DNA from: a plasmid
Sequence record: NZ_CP054002.1
DNA length: 64,000 nt
Reading direction: 5' to 3' (one strand)
The notes under the pieces are model-generated. The model saw only the letters and a program-made list of their open reading frames with translations, was not told where the DNA came from and made no database searches. Numbering within the stretch: the stretch's first letter is position 1; the number at the start of each line of letters is the position of its first letter. Position numbers and translations under genes: made by a program. Of the stretch, positions 1 through 10,715 are shown one piece after another.

Positions 1-274
1 TATGCGTTACATCGACAAGATGCGCTCCCTTATTCATTATTAGATCTACATTCGTCCGGATTTCCTTCATGGATCTGCCTAAACGATCCAACGACCAGAC
101 ATATAAGATATCCCCAGTTCTAAGATCTTCTAATGCCCGGATTAATTCAGGACGTTCTTTAAACGCTGATTTTTTTTCTTGATAAATTTTCTCACAACCA
201 GCCTTTTCTAATGCTTCCAATTGCAAAGCTGGATTCTGATCCGGAGTCGATACACGTGCATATCCTATCTTCAT
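1..274 (-). CDS. serine recombinase (resolvase/invertase family), N-terminal part; gene runs off the window start
   Basis: Reverse complement of 1..274 is nucleotide-identical to the 5' end of the 195-aa recombinase gene at 23954..24541 (MKIGYARVSTPDQ...); start codon complement at 272..274. Confidence 0.8.
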   Translation of the reverse strand, partial: MKIGYARVSTPDQNPALQLEALEKAGCEKIYQEKKSAFKERPELIRALEDLRTGDILYVWSLDRLGRSMKEIRTNVDLIMNKGAHLVDVTH

Positions 275-352
275 TATAATACGAGGATTTTAATTCTTCA
301 TTAAACATTATTGAGGATTTCATTTTATACTAATTTACATTATTTAGCCAAT

Positions 353-565
353 CTAGAGCCTCCTGCAACGTATAGGCATATTCCGCATGATAAATATATG
401 AAACTTCATCACCTTGCTATATTCACGGTCATTGTCTGTTTCTCCTAGAATGTACTCCATGTTTGGAGTTCCTAATCGATGCACACCTATACAATAGGTC
501 AGATTTTCCACTCGCTGGCTTTTTTTAGTTGCTAAAAGAAATATCCTTTCTGTATCAATTGCCAT
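353..565 (-). CDS. small hypothetical protein; paralog of 23661..23897 with a different C-terminus due to an indel
   Basis: ORF track; first 48 aa identical to the 78-aa ORF of the P2 copy. Confidence 0.35.
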   Translation of the reverse strand: MAIDTERIFLLATKKSQRVENLTYCIGVHRLGTPNMEYILGETDNDREYSKVMKFHIFIMRNMPIRCRRL

Positions 566-593
566 ATTATTACTCCTTTCTTATTATTTGAAA

Positions 594-797
594 TTATCGC
601 AAATGGCTTATATTTAACCACCATCCATCAGTTTCTAGTACATTTTCCCTACTATTATTATCCTGTATAACTATATGATCATCATATAATCCATATGTAT
701 CACTACAGTCTGCACAAGTGAAGCCTATGGAAACATTGTACTTCATAAACAACTGAAGTAAATCTTTCTTCAAATCTTTAATATCATCATCAGTCAT
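594..797 (-). CDS. small Cys-containing hypothetical protein (67 aa)
   Basis: Identical protein in three copies (594..797, 23429..23632, 61244..61447); conservation suggests a real gene. Confidence 0.5.
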   Translation of the reverse strand: MTDDDIKDLKKDLLQLFMKYNVSIGFTCADCSDTYGLYDDHIVIQDNNSRENVLETDGWWLNISHLR

Positions 798-1126
798 ATC
801 TATTATGCTTTATTTTTACTTTTTGTAAAGGTAGTAAAATAATTTAGTAAACAATAAAGTAAAATGTGTTTTTCTTGATACATGCCAAAAAAACATTTTA
901 CTTAACGTATACCAAAAGTAAAACTGTTGTTTCTCTTTCTCACCTCTGATTAAGGAGATTGGAGAATTATTACTTTCCTCAAAATATGACAATTTGTCAT
1001 GCCCGATAGTATTTTTCCGAAAGTATGATGATATAAGCTGAAGGAAAAATATCATTTTTCCGGTCATTTCTTCTGTCCCCTTTGGGGATTATAGGGGTTT
1101 AGGTTTTTAGGTTATATTAAGAAATA

Positions 1127-1437
1127 TGGTGTAGCCTTTTACACAGCTGGAAAAAATCACTTTTCATTAATTATCTAAAAATCAACACTTTATTTTTTTT
1201 GCGATATCTTTAATATGGTGTAGTATTTTACACAGCTAAATTCAAAAGTGTAGTGTTTACACAGCTAAATTTTCAAAAGTGTAGCATTCTACACAGCTGG
1301 AAACCTAAAAGTGTAGTATTTACACACTGGAAACCCAAAAGTGTAGCATTCTACACAGCTGGAAACCTAAAGTGTAGTGTTTTACACAGTGGAAATGTTA
1401 CAGAATTGAAAAGTGTAGTGTTTTACACAGCTAGATA
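1127..1437. repeat. iteron array, P1 copy (inverted orientation); about 8 repeats of a ~24-bp unit at ~33-bp spacing
   Basis: Direct repeats of AAAAGTGTAG(T/C)RTTYTACACAGCT visible at 1127..1437; mirror image of 22775..23095. Confidence 0.8.
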
Positions 1438-1440
1438 ATC

Positions 1441-2596
1441 TTTTCCGGTTCAGGTGTCACAGTAGGTGGATTTTTAACTATAATTCTTTGGCTCACGTGT
1501 CACAGTCGGGGCATACTAGTTAATCCAACTCTTCAGGGGTTTTTCCAAATACCCGAAAGAAATTTTCCCTATATACTTCCTCTTTCAGTGCTTTGTTTTG
1601 TGGAGAATTAGCCCATGCCAAATAATCTTCATACAAGTTTCGATCAGATTTTATATCTTCACTTGTTAACCCGATCTCTGCCTACCGCACAATTAGGAAA
1701 GCTAAACCAGCGTATCTCCATAACAGATCACTATAGAATCTTTGAGTAACATAGCGGTATTAGCGTTCATCAAATAATCAAGCGTTTCTTGAGAAATTCA
1801 AATCTACCGTATATGCCCATTTATCATTAGCACCTTTAACGTACTTAAATTGAAAGTTGGTAATCTCAAGTGTTCATTTATCCCCTTCAAACTTTTGTTA
1901 CATTTCTTTTCCTTTCCTTATTCTCTTCAAATTGAGGTGAACAACTTAGCCAACTGATCACGGTTAATCTGTAACTAGGTGCATCTCCTGTTTTGATTTT
2001 ATACTTAATAGTATATCATTTTCGATAGTTCCAAATAGAATATCGATATTTGGAAGGTAACTCTCTATAATCTGACTTTCAATTAGATTATAGAGAGTAT
2101 AAACAGAATCCTTTATCGATTATTCAGAGTAGCACTATATAATCTTTTCGTTCCTTTCTTGGTTTTAAAATTTGTCCGGATTTCAAATTTGGTAAGGATC
2201 TGAAAATATATATGAAGTGCCTTCGCTTGTAGAAACAGGATAAGACATATTTTCTAAGCCAAGTTTATAAAGGGCGGCTTCAAAAAACGGTTTCTATGGG
2301 GTGGCTTATTTCCTCCCCGTTTATATCCTTACAGATATAATGAGGTGAGCGTTTTCCAAAAAGATCCTTCAGCTGTTCCTTAGATAGTTTTCTTTGAAGA
2401 TTTGTCCGATTATAACCCATTTATTACAAAAATCCTCTATTGAGAACCATGATTCACCAAATAGATCTCTAATATGATTCCACAAAGGTAATTATATATT
2501 AGCATTACACTACCGCCAGAATCATATAGCGCTCAATTAGCCCAGAATTGTAACTTTCACTTAATAGGCGTGGAACCCGGCTTAATTCTTTTCCAT
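1441..2596 (-). pseudogene. degraded copy of the Rep initiator gene
   Basis: Nucleotide homology to the reverse complement of 21584..22777, but no ORF >=60 aa on either strand across ~1.2 kb; multiple substitutions and indels. Confidence 0.6.
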
Positions 2597-2734
2597 AATA
2601 AATTATCATTTATCCTTTTCCGTAACTCTGACTGTACTTTTTTATCGTATGCTTCCCTCTTGATACTAGATATTCAAATTTAACTGTATCATCTACAATC
2701 TTAACGTGGAAAATAAAGAATGCTCTATAATCTC

Positions 2735-3118
2735 CTATACGAATCCGATATACTGATTTATAGGCAATGAGTTTCTTGCATTAGTAATTTCATCAATACC
2801 ATTAGCATTCTTCACTTCCCGGATCATATCAAGGACAGAAGACAGAACTTTCCCTGATAATTTATCTACTGCCTTTAAAATGGCTTTGAATATTCTACAT
2901 TCATGATAAACCATATTTCTGTTCAAAGGCTTTTTGTTCGGCTTCACTAACCATGACATGCCCTTCAGGTTGATTCTTGGAAAGAAACGTATAAGTTTTA
3001 TATCTTCTAAATCATTAGCAGCGGAGATCAATAAGCCTTCCATAAAGGCTTTAGCTGATTTCCCTTCCTTAGCTGCTTGTACGGATAGCACAGTTATAAC
3101 GTCTTCCGGCAGATCCAA
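2735..3118 (-). pseudogene. fused, frameshifted remnant of an RHH antitoxin plus RelE/ParE toxin pair
   Basis: 127-aa ORF starts with the antitoxin sequence (LPEDVITVLSVQAAKEGKSAKAF...) and continues into toxin sequence (KAVDKLSGKVLSSVLDMIREVKNANGIDEITN) in one frame; the RelE core YRIRIGDYRAFF is lost. Confidence 0.55.
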
Positions 3119-3318
3119 CAGTTTCTTTCTCTTATCAATTGGGTGTTTGAGATTGTTGTTCCATAATCATTTATGTTTTAAATTAATAATCTATATCTTT
3201 GCATGAATTAATCGCCCACAAAGATATATAACATATACAATATATATAAATATATAAGTTATATAACATTCGATTTTTGATACATTAAACTATATATACA
3301 TTTTTTAATATTAAAGAA

Positions 3319-3525
3319 ATGGATAAACTGACTTTGGAAGATTCTTTCCGCGAGCTTATTAAACAAAGAAAGTGGTATGTAAATTCCCTACGTTCACCTA
3401 TTCAGGCGAAATATGATAAAGCGACCTTTCAAAAAGGGGGCAAAGTTCCTGAAGAACGAATCCGGGACTATTTAGCTGCCGCTGGTTGGAAATGTGTTCA
3501 GCCTGAATTATGGGAGAAAACATAA
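3319..3525 (+). CDS. 68-aa hypothetical protein; first gene reading into the IR-bounded tra module
   Basis: Identical ORF at 20645..20851 (-); disrupted copy at 58469..58674 (-); each copy points into a T-module IR. Confidence 0.5.
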   Translation: MDKLTLEDSFRELIKQRKWYVNSLRSPIQAKYDKATFQKGGKVPEERIRDYLAAAGWKCVQPELWEKT

Positions 3526-3593
3526 AAATTACAATATTTAACCACAAAATTTTTGCTGTTTTAAATATTTATTTGAATTTGCATTCAATATAA

Positions 3594-3614
3594 CGAACCT
3601 TTTTTTAAACTGAA
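3594..3614. repeat. 21-bp terminal inverted repeat (IR) of tra module copy A, left end: CGAACCTTTTTTTAAACTGAA
   Basis: Perfect inverted match to 20555..20575; same IR at 41415..41435 and 58379..58399. Confidence 0.85.
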
Positions 3615-3615
3615 T

Positions 3616-4179
3616 ATGAGATTATTAAAATTAACTTTATTACTAGTGTTATGTGCATGTACACATAGTGTTTATGCACAACGGCATTATGTAGGTATTT
3701 CAGCCCTAGAAGTAAACTATGGATTGAATATTTTTGGTAGGAATAATACTAACTTAAACCTTTCAGTATCAAAGTATAGGAGTCGAACAACTTACTGGAA
3801 AATAGGTTTGAACTATTTTGAAAAGTCTTATAACTACAGTTATGAAAGCAATACTGCGGAAGTTCCAACGATAGTTTCTTTTAGCTCTACAGCAAAAGAT
3901 TACTATATTGATGCTGCTTATTTCAAAACAGTTGCGACAAATCTTTCTTCACTTATTTTAGCCTAGGTCTAGGTCTTTTTACAGGTGTAGAAGCGTACAA
4001 GAGGCAGGATAATAAGTATGATTTCTTACTTGGTTTAAAGATCGAGCCTGAATTAGAATACTTTGTATCTCCACGAGTTGCGATACTTGGACGTGTTAAG
4101 CAGTATTGGAGTCCGTTTAGCTATGCAAGCAAATGGAATACAGTCTGGAATCTTGGTGTTAAAGTCCTTATTTATTGAT
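3616..4179 (+). pseudogene. outer-membrane beta-barrel-like protein with signal peptide; frameshifted here, intact 187-aa version at 57814..58377
   Basis: ORF 3616..3966 matches the first 115 aa of the copy-B protein, then changes frame; the intact copy has the C-terminal ...VKVLIY aromatic end typical of OM beta-barrels. Confidence 0.5.
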
Positions 4180-4364
4180 TATGATATTATTATCAGCTGA
4201 TGTAAGCGCATTGATTGACTTATTCAAACAATGTGGCGAAATGCTAGCCGGTGTCGGATTTGTCTGTGCAGGTCTTGCGGTTATAAAAAAATAATAACTA
4301 ATCATGAGAAAATGAAAGAAGCTATAATTACGTATATCGTTGCATTAGTAATATTTATACTAAT

Positions 4365-4773
4365 ATGGTCGCTTATATAAATATACAAATGACTGAATAT
4401 CTAGCCACTAATTATTCATTATTTGATCTGGCGATAGTTACGATAGTTATTGTTTCAATTCTAATTTTAGGATTGGTCTATTTTTCCGGAAGTAAAAAGA
4501 AACGGAGTGTACAGCTTCACTATCAGTTGAAGAAGAAAAATCTGATTCTGATCTAGTTTTATCTCCACGCATAACAATAGTTTTCAAAAGGATCTTTCAG
4601 ATGATGAAGAATTAAGTAGAGAGATAGCGGATATGTATATTTCAAACCGGGCGTACTATTATGCTGGTAAGATACCACCATTCCAGCATCAAGTACTTTC
4701 GGAAAAATCAGATGATGTTTTTGTCAAATATGAAAGTGTTGATTTTTCCGCTTTAAGCAAGATTGATATATAA
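4365..4773 (+). pseudogene. small N-terminal-TM protein; frameshifted relative to the 130-aa copy-B ORF
   Basis: 63-aa ORF shares the N-terminus MVAYINIQMTEYLATNYSLFDLAIV... with 57235..57627, then diverges. Confidence 0.4.
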
Positions 4774-4810
4774 ATAACATGTATAAAATAACAATTAAAA
4801 TTTTAAGATT

Positions 4811-5131
4811 ATGGTACAAGTTTTGAAAAAGAGTGTAGATTTTGTTAGTGTACACAAGCGTATTATTATGATTTTAGGGCTTTTCCTGCTGACTTTTGTT
4901 GTTGTTCCTCAAGTTGTAGAAGCCCAAAGCGCATTAAAAATTAGCAGTTTGTCCGATGTTGAATCGAAAGCGCAAGAAGGTTCTGATACGATTCTTAATA
5001 TCGCAAAGTATGTATTAGCTGCCGTGCTTGGCATAGCTTTAGTATTTGTGATCTATTCCCTTGCAACGAATATCCCCACGCCAAGGAGTATCTGCTCGGC
5101 TGGATCATTGCGGTTGCGGTTATTATGGTAG
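4811..5131 (+). CDS. TraE-like small pilin-type membrane protein; C-terminus altered by indel compared with copy B
   Basis: Signal peptide or TM plus a second TM (AAVLGIALVFVIYSLATN), as in Bacteroides conjugative-transposon TraE-type proteins. Confidence 0.5.
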   Translation: MVQVLKKSVDFVSVHKRIIMILGLFLLTFVVVPQVVEAQSALKISSLSDVESKAQEGSDTILNIAKYVLAAVLGIALVFVIYSLATNIPTPRSICSAGSLRLRLLW

Positions 5132-5151
5132 CTTTCCTTATTATCTGATTA

Positions 5152-5460
5152 ATGAGGACTATAAGAAAGATAAATAGACCAATTAAGTTCTTTGGCTTAA
5201 CGTCGGGACAATTTGGTCTATTTATGTTGGCAAATGCTTTGATTATAATTGTTTGCATATTTAAGCATGTGCATCCGGTAATCATAGTTAGTGTCATGGG
5301 AGCTATATTCTTTGCTTCAGGTATCTTATTCAAGAACCTAAAACGGGAACATAAAGCTGGCAATCCGGATTATCTAACTGGCTTATCGGTTAGATCTGCA
5401 ACCCCTAAACAGATAATAGATAAACATAAGGTATTCAATTTTATAATGAAGCAGAAATGA
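5152..5460 (+). CDS. TraF-like small membrane protein (102 aa)
   Basis: Two TM helices, position between the TraE-like and VirB4-like genes; identical copy at 56531..56839. Confidence 0.5.
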   Translation: MRTIRKINRPIKFFGLTSGQFGLFMLANALIIIVCIFKHVHPVIIVSVMGAIFFASGILFKNLKREHKAGNPDYLTGLSVRSATPKQIIDKHKVFNFIMKQK

Positions 5461-5591
5461 TCTTGAAATCCTGCGGAATACGTGATACAGATTAAGGCTG
5501 TCGCTTTTTCTTGCAGAGAGTTTATATCTACTATGTGGTAACTAATTACAAAATAAAATGATAGGATTATTATTATATCGGCATTATTACT

Positions 5592-8139
5592 GTGTGGTGT
5601 CATTACATTACTCGCCATACTTTTATGCGTCCTTCTGAAGTTCCTATATCTGATAAATCAATAGATCTTTCGGCTGTACTACCGATCCAGACCATAACGG
5701 ATAGCGTTATAGTAAACGGTAGCGGAGATTTAACCATTGGATACAGATTGTTTCTTCCGGAAGTATTTACTCTTTCGCAGGAAGATGCAAAATATATACA
5801 TGAGAGGTTAGAGGGGCTTTTTAAGATGTTACCTCCTGCAACGGTGGTGCATCAGCAGTGCTTTTACTATGTAAGCCAGTATAAGAACAATGACTTTTCT
5901 GTTAATCCATTGAAAGCGGAAAGTATTAAACACTTTAATAACAAGCAAATAATAAACTGCTATACAAATTTGTATATCACTTTGCCAATACAGATTTGAA
6001 AAAGGGAGTGCGAAAAAAGGCTTCTAATACATCGCTGCTTAAAAAACTCAATTATCCTTTTAAACAGCCCTACAAGAACTATGAAGAAAGGTTATCAGAG
6101 ATTGAACCGAAAATCTTGAATTTTGAAAATGGGTTATCTTCTATAACTCAATTTGAGATAAAGAAGATGGATAGTAAAGACTTAAATAATGCTGTCTTTG
6201 ATTATCTTAATCTCTCGTATGCTAAACCAACAAAAGACGCTACTCAAGAAACAGTTAGCCCAATTATGGTAACTCCTAGCGGTGATCTGAAGGTTGGACA
6301 AGAATATTTAGCGATGCTTTCTCTTACCGTGGAAGGGGAAAATCTTTATGAGCTGAATGTACCCAATACGGGTAAATCAAAAGCGTATGGAAGTACGATT
6401 GAGCTTCCGGAGAATATACAGTCTAAATGTTCTATGTTGTACCCGGTTGGACTAGGTTTGCCTTTCGATCACATTGTAAATGTTGTGATAGAAATAACAG
6501 ATACAGATACTACGCTAACGGCTATTAATGCTGAAAAAACGGGCTAAACTATTTGACTAACTTTTATCCTCCGGCTAAAGACAAGCAAAAACAGCAAGAA
6601 CTTTTCTGTAAAGAAATTACGGATTTTGATTATCAAACAGCTTATACAGCTTTTAATGTGATTATCAATGATCCGGATCGTTCTTCTCTAATTCGGAAAA
6701 TTTCATTGGCACAGCAGGGATTTAGTTTTATGAACCAAAGTTCTTGTTATGTCGAGAATGCGGAGTTGTGCAATTTATTTTTTTCTAATATACCGGGGAA
6801 TGCTCGGAGCAATTATAGGGATTTATCAATACGACCAAACAGGCGATTTGTTATTTGCAAAAAGATAGTATTTATATTTCTGATCTGCAAGGGCATTTGT
6901 ATAATGACCGATTCGGAAATCCTGCATTGATAAATTTATGGAATAACAAGGCTTTAAACAATAGAAATAAAATAGTAATCGGTCCGTCCGGCTCCGGAAA
7001 GTCTTTTGGCTAAACAACTATATTTATCAGTCTTATTCTTTGGGTAATGATATTACAATTATTGACATCGGTGGATCTTACAGGTCTATGATTAGCCTGC
7101 ACCGAGGTAAATATTTTGATTCTACAAATCAGAAACAGTTTGCTTTTAACCCGTTCTTGTGTGAACGTGATCGGAATGGTAGATATATTTATATTGATAC
7201 TTCAGATGCAGAAGCAGCCGAGGATCTTATTAAAACGATCTGTGCTCTTTTATCCTATATCTGGAAACAAAATAAGCCTATCGATCCCACCGAGAAAGCT
7301 ATTCTTAGAAAATCAGTGATCGCATTTTATGAGTATGTAAATAATTCTTCTGTTGATGGAACAAATGAAAGGATTTTTCCTAATCTGATAGAATACCGGA
7401 ATTTCTTGCGAGATGTATTTATTTACAAAATGACTGACTTTGAAAAACGTAGATTTGAGATAGAGGAAGTGCTTTTACTACTAGAACCTTACACGGATGG
7501 AGAACTATCCTTTTTGTTGAACGCAACTGAAAATATTGATATAGTTAACGATGATTTAATTGCGTTTGATATGGAAGACGCAGCAAAGAAGGAGTATTTT
7601 CCTTTGGTAGCGATTATCACGCTTCAAATGGTTATCGATAAGATCAAGAAGCGTGAAGGAGTTAATAAGGAATTGATTATCGATGAAGCCCTAGACTTTT
7701 TAAGTGATGATAAGTTTGGTGATTTTATCGCCTATTTGTATCGTACATTCCGTAAAAAGACGGGGCTATAACGATAGCTGCCCAAAATGTACTGTTCCTG
7801 AAGAACTGTCCACCGGCGATCAAGGATTCAATACTTATAAACTGTGATACTAAAGTAATACTGGATCATTCAAGTTATAGAAAGGAGTTGCCCAATCTGC
7901 GAGATATTCTTTCTATTTCAGAAGAAGAACTAGTAATGATAGATAGTCTGCAAAATAGGGATGATGAGATCAAGTGGAGAGAGTTCTTCATTAAATTGGG
8001 AAACGAAACCTATGTTTTCGCAATGAAGTATCTGAATTTGCCGCTGTCGCTTTTGATTCAAGACAATCGACTGTGGTTAGGCTCAAACAGCTTTTTGAGG
8101 AAACAGGATCTACTTATGCTGCTATTAACCGGTATTTAG
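5592..8139 (+). pseudogene. traG: VirB4-like conjugal ATPase (TraG-type), split into at least 5 ORF fragments
   Basis: Fragments 5592..5999, 5996..6547, 6553..6930, 7040..7771, 7888..8139; the Walker A motif GPSGSGKSF lies out of frame at ~6970..7010 (ORF 54980..55249 of copy B gives ...IVIGPSGSGKSFG). Confidence 0.7.
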
Positions 8140-8157
8140 AAGAAAGGAGAAAAAAAT

Positions 8158-8376
8158 ATGAATGATGCTGTAGAAGGATTGAACCAGATAAAAGGATGGT
8201 CGGGAGAATTTAACAATACGTCTTTTAGTGTGGCAGGGTATATCACCGCTGCAATGTTAGGCGTTTCTCTGATTTTTGTAGTCTGGGCTTTAGCTACAAA
8301 GAAAGATAATGCAAGAACATATCTAGTCGCTTGGTTTGTGGCTTTGATATTTGCGATAGTGTTTATTCTGCGATAA
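8158..8376 (+). CDS. small two-TM membrane protein (72 aa)
   Basis: Hydrophobic segments; identical copy at 53617..53835. Confidence 0.45.
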   Translation: MNDAVEGLNQIKGWSGEFNNTSFSVAGYITAAMLGVSLIFVVWALATKKDNARTYLVAWFVALIFAIVFILR

Positions 8377-8420
8377 TAAATTTATAATATTATGAAAATA
8401 AAGATACTCTTATTTTTTCT

Positions 8421-8989
8421 GTGTTGCTGTTAAGTAGCTCTTTTTCTGTTCAAAAGGCTAGTGCGCAATGGGTTGTTAATGATCCGGCTCACATGGGAAT
8501 GAACCTTGGCGAATGGGGAGCGAATGCAGCGCAATGGGTTAAGCAGCTTAATGAAATGATTGATGCTGCACATATACGAGAAAATTTACAAAAGATAGAC
8601 CAACTACGCCAACTACAATCTTTAGTAGAACTTGCTGAACTGTTGGATGATGTAGCTTGTCTAAGTAGTGATTACCGTTTTTATATGAATATAGGCGGTA
8701 GCTATCATTGTTTAAAGTTTTAAACTTCCAACAAGTTACGGTAAACCTTAATTTGAGCACAGATCTATTATTTAAGGTTGCTACTGTTTCCGACTATTTC
8801 AGCATGAATAGTGAGGGAAGAATGTCCTTTGTCGGACAGGTAAGAGAAGCCTTAGAAACGGCTTCTGCTGAAATGAAATCTTTTAATGAAATAGTAAGAA
8901 GTGAGATCATAAAAGATGCAAGTCGAAAACATGTAGGGAAAACATATTATAGCGGAAATTTATCTGCTTTTAGTCGATATACTAATTAA
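8421..8989 (+). CDS. TraI-like secreted protein; internal frameshift (ORFs 8421..8723 and 8708..8989)
   Basis: N-terminal signal-like segment; copy B has a 163-aa ORF at 53004..53495. Confidence 0.45.
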
Positions 8990-8997
8990 TTAGCCTT

Positions 8998-10002
8998 ATG
9001 AACGGACAAGATACTTTTTTATGGGGATTGCAGATTAATGATTCCCTTACAACAGAATTAACTGCGCAAATGACGGTAATTGCGCTTGGTGTAGCAGTTA
9101 TTTGTTTCATCTGTAATATAGCTTATAATTACCTATATCATGGTGTTAGTCAGCTTTTAACATCGGATGAAAATAAGTTTCCGGATTTGATGGAAATAGC
9201 TCGCTGTTTTGCTTTAATATTCTGTCTTTCGCTATATACACCTATCGCAAAAACTGTCGTTGGAACCCTTGAAGTAATAAATGAAGCAACATCTTTAAGT
9301 TCAGTCCGGGCACAGGAGTTTGCGGCTTTTCTAGACAGATCAGCGGAAGAACAGCACACCATGATAGCCGATAATGAAAAAACGGCACTTGAAGCGGAAG
9401 TCGCTGCGGGGGAAGATCCGGAAGGTGCTATGAATAAAGAACTACAAAATATAGATCAAGGTAATAAAATAGATGAAAGTGCATCTACATTGAAACAAAT
9501 CTCCCAAATATTAAATCCTGCCAATTTCGCAGCAATGCTCTTACATGCTCTAGCCGCACTGCTGGTCGGGATTGTACAAATTATCATATTGGGTTTGGGC
9601 GTTGTCATTGTAAAGATCCTTGTCATATTAGGTCCCTTCGTTTTTGCTTTTTCCATTCTACCGGTATTCCAAAAGCAGCTGTCTAATTGGTTTGGTACAC
9701 TGTGTTCCGTTGGTATGGTATTTACTGTGATTAATATTTTAAATCAGATAATGTGGTTTACATTTAAGTCAATTTATGATTCTGACGCATTCAACGCAGT
9801 AGATGAAGCGACAAAACAGCTACAATATTTAGGCATGGATCTTGCTTTGATCGGTTCTTATTGTTGTTGTTTCTGGTTGGCAAGTAAGATAGTCGGTCAT
9901 GGTGATGCCGGTAGAATCATTTCTAAAACGGTATCTATTGTAACTGCTGCTGCAACGATGGCGATTGCAGGATCAGCGATAGCAGGGGGGCTACAAATGT
10001 AG
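8998..10002 (+). CDS. traJ: TraJ-like polytopic inner-membrane protein; C-terminal end shifted relative to the 350-aa copy B
   Basis: ~340 aa with several TM helices; position after the TraI-like gene. Confidence 0.6.
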   Translation: MNGQDTFLWGLQINDSLTTELTAQMTVIALGVAVICFICNIAYNYLYHGVSQLLTSDENKFPDLMEIARCFALIFCLSLYTPIAKTVVGTLEVINEATSLSSVRAQEFAAFLDRSAEEQHTMIADNEKTALEAEVAAGEDPEGAMNKELQNIDQGNKIDESASTLKQISQILNPANFAAMLLHALAALLVGIVQIIILGLGVVIVKILVILGPFVFAFSILPVFQKQLSNWFGTLCSVGMVFTVINILNQIMWFTFKSIYDSDAFNAVDEATKQLQYLGMDLALIGSYCCCFWLASKIVGHGDAGRIISKTVSIVTAAATMAIAGSAIAGGLQM

Positions 10003-10055
10003 GGGCTGCTGCTTCATTAGGTAAAAGTGTTATAGATAACGAAGAATAAATAAAT

Positions 10056-10685
10056 ATGAATCTTACAAAATTTAAAACAGTGGATCAGGCTTTTAAAACA
10101 ACTGTGATTGTTGCATCTTCTTGTTGTCTGATTATGGGTATTGCATTTACTGTCTGTTTCTTCTATTTGTCAAACAAGATAGATGCGGCTTATACGAAGG
10201 CTTTAGTACTTGATACTTCAGGACAGGTTTACGATGTTGCAGCCATTGAATCCGCAGCGATGCGAAAGTATGAATATGAAAATCATATCAAAACATTTGT
10301 TTCGCTGTGGTACTCCTTCGATGAAAGCACTTATGAGAATAACGTAACATTAGCTCTTAATTTGATTGGTAATCGAGGAAAAGAGCTTTACAACGAATAT
10401 AACGATATTAATATGCTTAATTCTTTGATTCAGAAAAATATACGCTATGGCGTTATAATCAAGGATATACATATCAATATGCAAACAGTTCCGATATCCG
10501 GGGATATACTGTTTACGCAAACCGGCTATCGTGCTAGGGGGAGCGTAGCACGTGATATTTCTGTGAACTTTACTCTATATGATGTATCTCGATCACGTGA
10601 AAACTCTCACGGTGTTAAAATCGAAAGCTGGGACGTTCGATATTCGGAACCACGAGAAATAACAGATGAAGAAAAATTAAAATAA
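10056..10685 (+). CDS. traK: TraK-like protein (209 aa, N-terminal TM)
   Basis: Size, single N-terminal TM, and order between TraJ and TraM as in CTnDOT-type tra operons. Confidence 0.55.
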   Translation: MNLTKFKTVDQAFKTTVIVASSCCLIMGIAFTVCFFYLSNKIDAAYTKALVLDTSGQVYDVAAIESAAMRKYEYENHIKTFVSLWYSFDESTYENNVTLALNLIGNRGKELYNEYNDINMLNSLIQKNIRYGVIIKDIHINMQTVPISGDILFTQTGYRARGSVARDISVNFTLYDVSRSRENSHGVKIESWDVRYSEPREITDEEKLK

Positions 10686-10715
10686 TGGAGCTATGGGAAA
10701 CTTTTAAGAGAAGCG

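Noticed and set aside
816-1067. 83-aa ORF (and its counterparts 23216..23407 at 63 aa, 61032..61238 at 68 aa) as protein-coding genes
   Set aside because: The three copies give three different protein lengths and tails from the same DNA, and they overlap the palindrome and repeat-rich regulatory region. Sequence looks low-complexity and repeat-derived.
1127-1437. Iteron arrays as CRISPR arrays
   Set aside because: The ~24-bp repeats are separated by only ~9 bp of near-identical spacer, directly abut a rep gene, and no cas genes are present. This is an iteron origin, not CRISPR.
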